Part shown: in pieces, positions 48,801 to 56,242 of the stretch
Layout: each line of letters opens with the position of its first letter
Numbering within the stretch: position 1 is the stretch's first letter
From: an uncultured Flavobacteriales bacterium
GTDB taxonomy: Bacteria; Bacteroidota; Bacteroidia; Flavobacteriales; BACL11
Length of the DNA: 64,000 nucleotides
Reading direction: 5' to 3'
NCBI GenBank assembly: GCA_905478555.1
Contig: CAJQIZ010000011.1
Span: forward strand, 6,279 to 70,278
Program-made: the position numbers and the translations under genes
The notes under the pieces: generated by a model
What the model was told of the DNA's origin: nothing
Database searches by the model: none
Seen by the model: the letters and a program-made list of their open reading frames with translations, nothing else

Positions 48801-49143
48801 GGTATTTACATCAACTATAAATTCTGAATTAGGTGATATTGATTTACAATCTATTGTTTTTAATCCAACCTCTATTGAAGAATTAAATATAAATGAACTT
48901 ATAGTATATCCGAATCCTACAAGTGATGTATTTAATATTGTGTTCAATAGTGATACTAAGCAAGATATTGATTTAAGAATATATAGTATAATAGGTAAAG
49001 AAATATTTCACGAAACACTTACAGAGTTTAGTGGAGATTACAATAGAACTATAGATATGACATCATATTCTAATGCAATTTATATTCTACAATTAAGTAC
49101 TACATATGGAATCTCAACTAAAAAATTAATACTTGAAAAATAA
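45802..49143 (+). CDS. large Cys-rich T9SS-secreted adhesin-like protein with SprB-type repeats and type-A CTD
   Basis: Signal peptide MKKLFIILFFSTISLNIYS, then an N-terminal THLMGGEITY motif region. It has four or five ~73-aa repeats with the C-x-G-x-x-[DN]-G...W..G...Q....L..G.Y.L.V.D..GC pattern, then an unassigned ~165-aa module. C-terminal YPNPTSDVFNIVF...AIYILQL sorting domain. Confidence 0.75.
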   Translation: MKKLFIILFFSTISLNIYSTHLMGGEITYTCIKSGPNEGFYVFNVVIYRDCGGIPIDTSTFLNVHNNPLLQTITLNYIESNDISPSCNTLDGNNIMYSCGGSNQASAGNGIGAVEEHVYRSDTIRILGVPDQDGWHFTWSDCCRNGAIINITNPNNYGFTLRTAMYPYTDSSGVVWPNNNNCFDNSPVFYEKPRTIIETYNGYDSLSIFNGFTYSHNAYDVELDSIAYEFAPPLDETGYDYLNPNATSIPFSAPYSYTMPINAITMNQNSGRTSYPASLQGNFVTCTKVSSFRCGQLISEVFREIQVVVTSPICNLGDTTNGNIGADTLCNVRPNVQAPFYYPNLTPQYQWDTMIHCGDTVSFDFIANDYDFYPNGSRQDLLFEVSGGQFYDYNNNQPCINPPCATFEDISTGNTPPFISSGGQGGGEFNWITDCNQLTNGCNVQGPSIYSFVIKVSDDFCPAPAIENTSQVISILVFPPCNNLKTGLSTINATCNINDGIANSVPFGGTPPYTKYWTDINGINVNPDSLYVGTYLLRVIDSTLCETIDTFDINGPVLLNLNSNTTNVSCNGGSNGSIDISSNSVLFYNWNTGDTSQDLYNLNSGTYTLNAIDAFGCSTNQSFVISEPILLTLQSLISDASCYGFNDAYIDISTNGGFLPFQYLWNTGDTSQSIQNIGVGTYTLSVIDQNNCIITDSFQISQPNILVNNIISSSVTCNGLSDGNITTNQTGGTPPYLFLWNTNNTTQSISSIVAGIYTLTVSDSNNCSLIDSVLIIQPDSLVSNILLDTTNFTASVFGGTSPYIYEFYGPTGFILSSTNASGGPISVNLNNPGYYSFVVIDANNCTDSVSVYYGNNFSPTIDVTLSNVYCDSLSSLTITVSQDSLEVDMSTALFQSNAGYFNIVSLSVGDTIGTAYLMAAGGNISINTFLVVSSIISIDQAIITACSWANGCLGSFAITNSPNGGIEIFSQTVPDGNNYTQGNMNSITFDNLFVNPCVPLVFTSTINSELGDIDLQSIVFNPTSIEELNINELIVYPNPTSDVFNIVFNSDTKQDIDLRIYSIIGKEIFHETLTEFSGDYNRTIDMTSYSNAIYILQLSTTYGISTKKLILEK
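47248..48135 (+). repeat. four tandem SprB-type repeats (~219-225 nt each) inside the adhesin gene, with a degenerate fifth to ~48360
   Basis: Repeat units are aa 491-563, 564-636, 637-711 and 712-786 in track-ORF numbering. Examples: NVSCNGGSNGSIDIS...WNTGDTSQDLYNLNSGTYTLNAIDAFGC and DASCYGFNDAYIDIS...WNTGDTSQSIQNIGVGTYTLSVIDQNNC. Confidence 0.65.
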
Positions 49144-49164
49144 TTTATAATAAAAATTCGACTT

Positions 49165-49665
49165 ATGAAAAAACTACTCCTTATCCTATGTGTTATTCCT
49201 TATATTTCTTATTCTCAAGTAATAATTAAAGCGGATCTTATTCAAAGGACAGATTCTAAAAAAATCATTGAAAATTCATTTGATTTATCTATTAGTTCAT
49301 TTATTAATAATAATATTGTCATGGGACTTACTTCTGAAGATGCTTTTGCTGATTATATACAAGAAGGATTCGATCCAATACAAGATAGTTTATTTCAATC
49401 TCATTACCATTTATTTTCCAGGTATTATTATAATAAGAGATCTTTTTTTGAATGTAAAGTTCCAGCTACTACTAAAGGTGGTATATTTGTCGTTGAAAGA
49501 GTTAGGGTAGGAGGAGGATATGTTTTTCTCTCTAAAGATAATTTTGATTTTGAAATAAGTTATGATGTATTATTATTTCAAAATGAAAATCGTTGGAATA
49601 AAGGTAATTTATCAATAGGAATATCTACAGATGCATCTATATTCTCATCTCAACTAAAAAATTAA
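49165..49665 (+). CDS. small secreted beta-strand-rich protein, copy 1 (possible 8-stranded OM barrel), chimeric 3' end
   Basis: 166 aa. Signal peptide MKKLLLILCVIPYISYS and alternating-hydrophobicity segments (FDFEISYDVLLF, VRVGGGYVFL, GNLSIGIST). Its last 6 codons derive from the duplicated adhesin-tail 19-mer read in another frame. Confidence 0.5.
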   Translation: MKKLLLILCVIPYISYSQVIIKADLIQRTDSKKIIENSFDLSISSFINNNIVMGLTSEDAFADYIQEGFDPIQDSLFQSHYHLFSRYYYNKRSFFECKVPATTKGGIFVVERVRVGGGYVFLSKDNFDFEISYDVLLFQNENRWNKGNLSIGISTDASIFSSQLKN

Positions 49666-49668
49666 AAA

Positions 49669-50172
49669 TTGAAAAAATTACTACTTATCCTAATTTTTAT
49701 CCCTTATATTTCTTATTCTCAAGTAATAATTAAAGCGGATCTTATTCAAAGGACAGATTCTAAAAAAATCATTGAAAATTCATTTGATTTATCTATTAGT
49801 TCATTTATTAATAATAATATTGTCATTGGACTTACTTCTAAAGCTGCTATTGCTGATTATATACAAGAAGGATTCAATCCAATACAAGATAGTTTACTTA
49901 TTTCTCATTACCATTTATTTTCCAGGTATTATTACAATAAGAGATCTTTTTTTGAATTAAAAGTTCCAACTTCTAGTGAGGTTAATGGAATATTTATCTT
50001 TGAAAGAGTTAGAGTAGGAGGAGGATATGTTTTTCTCTCTAAAGATAAGTTTGATTTTGAAATAAGTTATGATGTATTATTATCTCAAAATATAAATGGT
50101 TGGAATAAAGGTAATTTATCTATAGGAATATCTACAGATGCATTCGAAAATTTTCTTTTACTTTTCTTTTGA
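49669..50172 (+). CDS. small secreted beta-strand-rich protein, copy 2, ends in aromatic FF
   Basis: 167 aa paralog of copy 1. TTG start 3 nt after the copy-1 stop. The C-terminus ...FLLLFF ends in Phe, as OM barrels usually do. Confidence 0.5.
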   Translation: MKKLLLILIFIPYISYSQVIIKADLIQRTDSKKIIENSFDLSISSFINNNIVIGLTSKAAIADYIQEGFNPIQDSLLISHYHLFSRYYYNKRSFFELKVPTSSEVNGIFIFERVRVGGGYVFLSKDKFDFEISYDVLLSQNINGWNKGNLSIGISTDAFENFLLLFF

Positions 50173-50293
50173 TTCTAATTTAATTCAAAAGGTTCCATAC
50201 ATTCTTCTTAATGCAGAACTAATACCATCTAGATTTTATTTCACGCTTAGGTGTGAAATTTGAAGGTCATTATTAAAACCCTTATTCTTTATC

Positions 50294-51775
50294 TTAAATT
50301 TTTTGAGGGAACATCTTTGAAACAATATAACCTACAATCATTGCCAAAGCAAAAGAAGGTGCTAAAACATCTAATTCCTTCAAATAGGCACCTATTCCTT
50401 CAATATTAGAAAATACAAATTTGAATAATATCACAGAAAAAAAACCTGTTATCATAGAAGCAATAGCCCCTGTTTCAGAATATCCCTTCCAGAAAAGCGA
50501 TAGAATAATCACGGGGCAGAAGGTTGCAGCAATTCCAGACCAGCCAAAAATCATAATCCAAAAAACCTGTCTTTCAGGATACAAATAGTATAATAAACTG
50601 GCAATCCCCAGTGCAGCCAATGCCATCCCTACAGTAACTATCCTAGAAAAATTAGTTAAATCCTCATCTTTTAAATCAGGCCTGAATATTTTTTGATAGA
50701 AGTCGCGAGTAATAGCACTAGAAGCAAGAATAAGAAGGGAATCAATTGTAGACATAATAGCCGAAAGTACAATTGCAATAAATATTGCCACTAATATTGT
50801 GGGTAAGAAATCGTGGGTAATTATACTTAAAACATTTTCCCCACCAGTACCTAATATTAATTCAGGGTTTTCTCCTTGTTTTGTATATAAAATACGAGCA
50901 AGAATACCAATTGTTACTGCTGCAGCATCGGTTAGAAGTGTAAAAAGTAAGGCAACCCACTTTCCTTTGTCAATTTCTTTTTCACTTTTAATGGACATAA
51001 AACGAACATAAACTTGTGGAGATCCTAAAAAACCCAATCCAATCATTGAGAAACCAAGAATTGTAAATAAGTTCATCCATCCGTCATCACTTCTTCCCAT
51101 TATTTGAGTTAGCGTGGGGTCAATAGCGTTTAATCCTTCAGTAATTCCAGCTCCATGATCCATTGAAAACCAAACAACTATTGGTAGTAATACCAAACCA
51201 AAGAACATTAAAATACCTTGAAACATATCTGACCAAACCGCAGCTACAAATCCCCCAAAAAAAATATAAAGTAGAACAATGCAGAATCCAATTAGAGCGC
51301 CTATTCGATAGTCAATATTTAGCATTGATTCAAATGCAATTCCAGTTACATCCATTTGAGATGCGACATAAATGATAACAAAAACTACAAGTGAAGATGC
51401 TGAGATAATCCTAAGTGTGTTAGTAGACGATTTAAAATGACTTTGAAGATAGTCTGGTATGGTAATAGATTTATATTTGTCAGACCACCTTTTAAATCGC
51501 TTAGCCATAAATTGCCATGAAATATAAACTCCTAGTAATTCACCAACAACTACCCAATAGCCAGAATAGCCTGCCATTGCTCCCATTCCTGTTAGGCCAA
51601 TTAATAGCCAACCTGATTCACCAGTTGCTCTAGCAGAAAAAGCAACAGCCCAAAAACCCATTTTTTTGCCCCCTAAATAATAATCGCTCATACTTTTGAC
51701 TCTGTTAGAAGCGAGTATTCCAATTATAAATAGAATAGCGACATAAATTCCTAAAACAATAATTTTTGTAACCAT
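50294..51775 (-). CDS. sodium:solute symporter (SSS family, PutP/PanF-like)
   Basis: 493 aa, about 13 TM segments. N-terminal YYLGGKKMGFWAVAFSARATGESGWLLIGLTG is typical of SSS transporters. Confidence 0.82.
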   Translation of the reverse strand: MVTKIIVLGIYVAILFIIGILASNRVKSMSDYYLGGKKMGFWAVAFSARATGESGWLLIGLTGMGAMAGYSGYWVVVGELLGVYISWQFMAKRFKRWSDKYKSITIPDYLQSHFKSSTNTLRIISASSLVVFVIIYVASQMDVTGIAFESMLNIDYRIGALIGFCIVLLYIFFGGFVAAVWSDMFQGILMFFGLVLLPIVVWFSMDHGAGITEGLNAIDPTLTQIMGRSDDGWMNLFTILGFSMIGLGFLGSPQVYVRFMSIKSEKEIDKGKWVALLFTLLTDAAAVTIGILARILYTKQGENPELILGTGGENVLSIITHDFLPTILVAIFIAIVLSAIMSTIDSLLILASSAITRDFYQKIFRPDLKDEDLTNFSRIVTVGMALAALGIASLLYYLYPERQVFWIMIFGWSGIAATFCPVIILSLFWKGYSETGAIASMITGFFSVILFKFVFSNIEGIGAYLKELDVLAPSFALAMIVGYIVSKMFPQKI

Positions 51776-51854
51776 AGTATTTTATAATTATTTAGTTAGA
51801 ATTAGATGAAAAATTTATTTTAAAAAAAGTTCGAAATTATTAGCGTAAGTCTAA

Positions 51855-52862
51855 CTATTTTAAAATTATTTTTTTCTTAATTGTTCCGTTAGAGTAGATA
51901 TAGAAAAGAATATTACTTTCTCCTTCTTTCGTTTCTCTACCTAATATATCTGTAATTTTTATTAATTCTCTTTTAGTGTTACTGTTTTCAATATTTGTAT
52001 TTGTGCAACTAATATAAATACTACTATCTATCTCCATTACATTATCTCCTAATTCGGAACTTATATCTGCTGTAAAAACTATGTCTCCTTCATAGTTTGG
52101 GTTTACAAATAGATCAGTAAAATTTATCTGACTGATGTATCCGTTTGTGTAATTGTTTGCATCAATTGGTCCGTAAGAGGTTACTTTTATTCCGCTAGAT
52201 AAATTCTCAATAACAAAAAAACCAACTGTTGAAGAAGTAGAATCTATTAAATTTATTTTAGCATAATTACTTCCCATTGTAAAATCTACTACTAAATCTG
52301 TGTTAAAATTAAGAAAACTACTACTATATGAAGCGTTTCCTACATTGTCTCCAGAATTGAGAGTGTTTATCTCAAAGTGTCCTCTATCAGATGTGAAAAT
52401 AGTAGTTGAAATATCTGGTTCGTCTTGTTGCTGAGAGGCTATAATTGAAAAAGAGGTATTTTGGTTGCAGTTTGTATTTCCTATAATAGTAATAATCGAG
52501 GGGGCGAATGGTGTTGGTGTAAATTGTATTGTTGTAAAGGTGTCTGTATAGGACCATCCAGAATTTGGTTGATTAACAGAGTCGCAAAATGTTAGTATTT
52601 CCCACTCGTAAGAAGTAAGAGGTTGTAGTAATGGGATTAATCTTGAATTCATAGTAGAATCAATATTTGCTAAATTACTCCAATTTTGAGTTCCTAATAC
52701 TCTGTAATGTATAATATAATGATGAGCACTTGCAGCACTAGTCCAATTTGCAATTGCGTTTTCGTGTGTTATAGTATTTGTGAATAAGCTGTCAGCATTT
52801 AAGCATTGTGATTTTATTAGAGTAGAGTTTAACAGAAATATTAAAATAAATAAATTTTTCAT
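51855..52862 (-). CDS. secreted Fn3-like protein sharing the adhesin ~165-aa module, with a short CTD-like tail
   Basis: Start moved to the ATG at comp(52860-52862) (MKNLFILIFLLNS signal), because a -7 box lies inside the longer ORF. Fn3-like domain (ANWTSAASAHHYIIHYRVLG...LTSYEWEILTFC), then a module homologous to adhesin aa 866-1030. The tail is ITDILGRETKEGESNILFYIYSNGTIKKKIILK. Confidence 0.6.
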   Translation of the reverse strand: MKNLFILIFLLNSTLIKSQCLNADSLFTNTITHENAIANWTSAASAHHYIIHYRVLGTQNWSNLANIDSTMNSRLIPLLQPLTSYEWEILTFCDSVNQPNSGWSYTDTFTTIQFTPTPFAPSIITIIGNTNCNQNTSFSIIASQQQDEPDISTTIFTSDRGHFEINTLNSGDNVGNASYSSSFLNFNTDLVVDFTMGSNYAKINLIDSTSSTVGFFVIENLSSGIKVTSYGPIDANNYTNGYISQINFTDLFVNPNYEGDIVFTADISSELGDNVMEIDSSIYISCTNTNIENSNTKRELIKITDILGRETKEGESNILFYIYSNGTIKKKIILK

Positions 52863-52877
52863 AATTGATAATTTTTC

Positions 52878-52885
52878 CAAAAATA
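52878..52885 (-). promoter_or_regulatory. -7 box TATTTTTG (minus strand), 15 nt upstream of the ATG at 52862
   Basis: Reverse complement of caaaaata matches TAnnTTTG. Confidence 0.4.
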
Positions 52886-53028
52886 CATTTTTTTTAAATA
52901 TTTCCAATAAATTATTCTAAATCGTTTGTTTTCAATCCGATAAAACGAATGCCATTTTTGAGGATAATTACTTTTAGATGATAATACCGATCTTTTTTTT
53001 AAAATTACCTTAAACTGTCTTAAATTAG

Positions 53029-53913
53029 TTATTTTAACTTTTCAAACACATAAATACTGCTAGAATATCCTCTTTTTGTAAAAAGTCCATATAGATTAGA
53101 AATTAATCCAACGCAAGTAGCTTTAATGAAATTCTTCTTTTCGCTTTTGTGTTCTTCACTTAGTATAGAAACATAAAAGGTGTCAAATTTCATTCCTTTT
53201 GTTTTTATCAAACTAAATCCATGATTTTCAAAAATTATTTTAATAGTTTCTTTAGAAAAATGATATAAATGTATTGGTAAATCGTAAGCGGCCCAGTATT
53301 TTTTGTAAAATGATGAGTCGTAACTTTTGTGATTAGGAACTGCAATAATTACTTTTCCTGTTTTTGTTGTTAATCTATTTAATTGCTCTATAGTTTCATT
53401 TAGTTCAGTAACATGTTCTAAAACATGCCACATAGTTATTACATCAAACTCTCCTTTAACATTCTTTAAATCAGTAGATTCATCTACATCTAGTCCTAGA
53501 TTTTCTACTGCTTGTTTTCTTGCGATATCGCTTGGTTCGATTCCTTTAGTTATCCAATTATTTATTTTAAAAGTATTTAAAAATTCTCCTGTTCCGCAAC
53601 CAATATCTAAGATAGATCCTGTTTTAAAGTAAGATGTAACTAATTTGTATTTTCCTTTAATTGCAATATTTCTTATAAATTTATATGTTTTTTCAAATAA
53701 GTTTTTACTTGTATTGTTGTGTGAGATATAATGATCAGAAATATAATATTTACCTAGCTCACTATCTGCAGGTCGTGGGTTTGTGAAATGGAAATCGCAA
53801 TTAATGCATTTTATAATAGTAAATTCTTCCTTACTTACAGAGTAGTCTATACTATTAATATGTTCTTTAAAATCTATTTTTTTACATATAGGGCATTGTT
53901 TTATTGTCTTCAT
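53029..53913 (-). CDS. class I SAM-dependent methyltransferase with N-terminal Cys4 zinc-ribbon
   Basis: CPICK...CINCDF ribbon. SAM motif I ILDIGCGTGEF. Directly downstream of mnmG. Confidence 0.75.
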   Translation of the reverse strand: MKTIKQCPICKKIDFKEHINSIDYSVSKEEFTIIKCINCDFHFTNPRPADSELGKYYISDHYISHNNTSKNLFEKTYKFIRNIAIKGKYKLVTSYFKTGSILDIGCGTGEFLNTFKINNWITKGIEPSDIARKQAVENLGLDVDESTDLKNVKGEFDVITMWHVLEHVTELNETIEQLNRLTTKTGKVIIAVPNHKSYDSSFYKKYWAAYDLPIHLYHFSKETIKIIFENHGFSLIKTKGMKFDTFYVSILSEEHKSEKKNFIKATCVGLISNLYGLFTKRGYSSSIYVFEKLK

Positions 53914-53914
53914 T

Positions 53915-55786
53915 TTACCTCCCTATATAGATTAGTAAGATATTGATATCTGCAGGTGATACTCCACTTATTCTTGATGCTTGTCCTATCGTTTTTGGTT
54001 TTATTTTATTAAATTTCTCTCTAGCTTCACTTGATATAGAGTTTAATTTTGAGTAGTCAAAGTTCTCAGGAATACTTATTTTTTCAAGTTTTATTAGTTT
54101 GGATGCCGCCACCTTTTCTTTATTGATATATCCGGTATATTTTATTTCAATTTCAGTTTGAGTAATAGAGTCTCTTCCTATGTTGTTTTCATTTACAAAT
54201 GATTGTAAACTTTTTATTTTCATCAAGTCTTCCATCCAAATATGAGGTCTTGATACTATACTTTTTATTTTTACTTTTTGCTTTAACAAAGCACTACCCT
54301 TTTCTTCTAAAAGTGAATTTATTTCTTCAGGACTAACAGATTGTTTTTCTAGAAAATTCATTAAAATTTCACTGTTCTGTATTTTAACATTTAACTTATC
54401 TACTCTTTCTTTTGACGCTAATCCTAGTTCGTGCCCTTTTCTAGTTAGTCTTATATCTGCATTGTCTTGTCTTAGTAGAAGTCTGTACTCCGCTCTTGAT
54501 GTGAACATTCTGTAAGGTTCGTCAGTTCCTTTAGTTATTAGGTCGTCTATCAGTACACCTATATAAGCTTCTGATCTATTTAATATAAACTCTTCTTTAT
54601 TATTATTTTTCTGATGTGCGTTTATACCAGCAACCAGTCCTTGACAAGCTGCTTCTTCATATCCTGTAGTTCCGTTTATCTGACCAGAAAAATACAAGTT
54701 TTCTATTATTTTAGTTTCTAGTGTATGTTTTAATTGTGTTGGAGGAAAGTAATCGTACTCAATAGCATATCCCGCTCTAAACATTTTTACATTTTCTAAT
54801 CCTTTAATTTTCCTTAATGCTCTTAATTGTATGTCTTCTGGTAGTGATGTTGAAAATCCATTTAGATATATCTCCACTGTATTGACTCCTTCAGGTTCTA
54901 TAAATATTTGGTGTCTATTCTTGTCAGAAAATCTTTCTATTTTATCTTCTATTGATGGGCAGTATCGTGGCCCTAACCCTTTAATTCTACCTGTAAACAT
55001 TGGTGATTTATCAAAACCTTCCTTTAGAATATCATGAACCTCATTTGAGGTGTAGGTTATGAAACAGCTGTGTTGTTTTTTTAGGATTTTGGTATCTGTA
55101 TAAGAAAATTTTTCGGCTTCCTTATCTCCTTTTTGTTCTTCTGTTTTACTGTAGTCAATACTTCTTCCGTCTAACCTTGGCGGTGTTCCTGTTTTCATTC
55201 TCCCACTTTTAAAGCCTAAATCTATTAGTTGTTTTGTAATCCCCCTTGAGTTTGCTTCACCAGCTCTTCCTCCTTCATAGTTTTTTTCTCCTAAATGGAT
55301 TAGTCCATTCATAAAGGTTCCGTTGCATAGTATTACAGATTTACCGTGTATTTCTATACCCATTTTTGTAATGATTCCCATCAATTTACCTTCCTTAATT
55401 AATAGTTCATAAACCGTATCTTGCCAGAAATCAACATTTTTGTTTGCTTCTAATTTCTCTCTCCATTTTTGTTCAAAAACTTTTCTATCACATTGAGATC
55501 TTGGACTCCACATGGCAGGACCTTTTGATCTGTTAAGCATTCTGAATTGTATGGAAGATTCGTCTGTTACAATACCAGAAACTCCACCTAATGCATCGAT
55601 TTCTCTTACTATTTGACCCTTTGCTATCCCTCCCATTGCTGGGTTACAAGACATTCTAGCTATTGTCTCCAGGTTTTGAGTTACTAATAGTGTTTTTGAC
55701 CCGAGCTTTGCAGAGGCGTGAGCGGCTTCACAACCAGCGTGTCCACCACCAACTACTATTACATCATATTTTTCTTCTAAAATCAT
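53915..55786 (-). CDS. mnmG: tRNA uridine-5-carboxymethylaminomethyl(34) synthesis enzyme MnmG (GidA)
   Basis: YDVIVVGGGHAGCEAA FAD motif and conserved sequence throughout. I prefer the start at M10 of the track ORF (MILEEKYDV) by analogy with MnmG N-termini. Confidence 0.95.
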   Translation of the reverse strand: MILEEKYDVIVVGGGHAGCEAAHASAKLGSKTLLVTQNLETIARMSCNPAMGGIAKGQIVREIDALGGVSGIVTDESSIQFRMLNRSKGPAMWSPRSQCDRKVFEQKWREKLEANKNVDFWQDTVYELLIKEGKLMGIITKMGIEIHGKSVILCNGTFMNGLIHLGEKNYEGGRAGEANSRGITKQLIDLGFKSGRMKTGTPPRLDGRSIDYSKTEEQKGDKEAEKFSYTDTKILKKQHSCFITYTSNEVHDILKEGFDKSPMFTGRIKGLGPRYCPSIEDKIERFSDKNRHQIFIEPEGVNTVEIYLNGFSTSLPEDIQLRALRKIKGLENVKMFRAGYAIEYDYFPPTQLKHTLETKIIENLYFSGQINGTTGYEEAACQGLVAGINAHQKNNNKEEFILNRSEAYIGVLIDDLITKGTDEPYRMFTSRAEYRLLLRQDNADIRLTRKGHELGLASKERVDKLNVKIQNSEILMNFLEKQSVSPEEINSLLEEKGSALLKQKVKIKSIVSRPHIWMEDLMKIKSLQSFVNENNIGRDSITQTEIEIKYTGYINKEKVAASKLIKLEKISIPENFDYSKLNSISSEAREKFNKIKPKTIGQASRISGVSPADINILLIYIGR

Positions 55787-55828
55787 AATTGTTCCACATG
55801 AAACATATTTCAAATAACTGATAATCAG

Positions 55829-56242
55829 TTAAATATAAAAAATGTTTAAATAAAAATTTTCTTTTTCCCTCATTAGTTCCTTTTCTTTATCTGACTTGTC
55901 GTTATACCCAATTAAGTGCAGTATACCGTGTATCATTACTCTTTTTAACTCCTCATTAAATGAATTTTCAAAAGTAGTAGAATTTTCTTTAACCCTATCG
56001 ATACTTATCATTATATCAGAAGATATATTATTATCAATACAATAGTTGAAAGTAATGATATCGGTTAGTGTATTGTGATCTAAAAATTCTTTATTTCTAT
56101 CTAGTAGATAATCATCATCACAAAATATGTAAGTTATATCTCCTACTGTCCTTTTTTCTTTTTTAATTACATCTTCTATCCAAATTCTAATTTTATTAGA
56201 ATCTTTTAATATGAAATCGTTCTCATAATGATACTCTATCAT
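55829..56242 (-). CDS. ybeY: rRNA maturation RNase YbeY
   Basis: 137 aa with the HGILHLIGYND zinc-binding motif. Confidence 0.9.
   Translation of the reverse strand: MIEYHYENDFILKDSNKIRIWIEDVIKKEKRTVGDITYIFCDDDYLLDRNKEFLDHNTLTDIITFNYCIDNNISSDIMISIDRVKENSTTFENSFNEELKRVMIHGILHLIGYNDKSDKEKELMREKENFYLNIFYI

Larger units (their letters stand above)
49111..50172 (+). repeat. tandem direct duplication (unit ~504-536 bp) covering two paralogous small genes
   Basis: 49198-49322 is identical base for base to 49702-49826 (125 bp, offset 504). The remainder is roughly 90% identical by eye. The 19-mer atctcaactaaaaaattaa occurs at 49111-49129 and at 49647-49665. Confidence 0.88.

Noticed and set aside
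49268-49960. Alternative-frame ORFs (80 and 62 aa, I/L-rich) inside each copy of the duplicated gene
   Set aside because: They lie on the same strand in a different frame and appear in both copies only because the DNA is duplicated. They have AT-rich hydrophobic junk composition, and the annotated frame has a proper signal peptide.
50173-50293. Hairpin ATTTCAC-gcttaggt-GTGAAAT between the convergent duplicated gene and the symporter, considered as a bidirectional terminator
   Set aside because: The stem is only 7 bp with an 8-nt loop, and neither strand has a flanking T-run. It is too weak to call.
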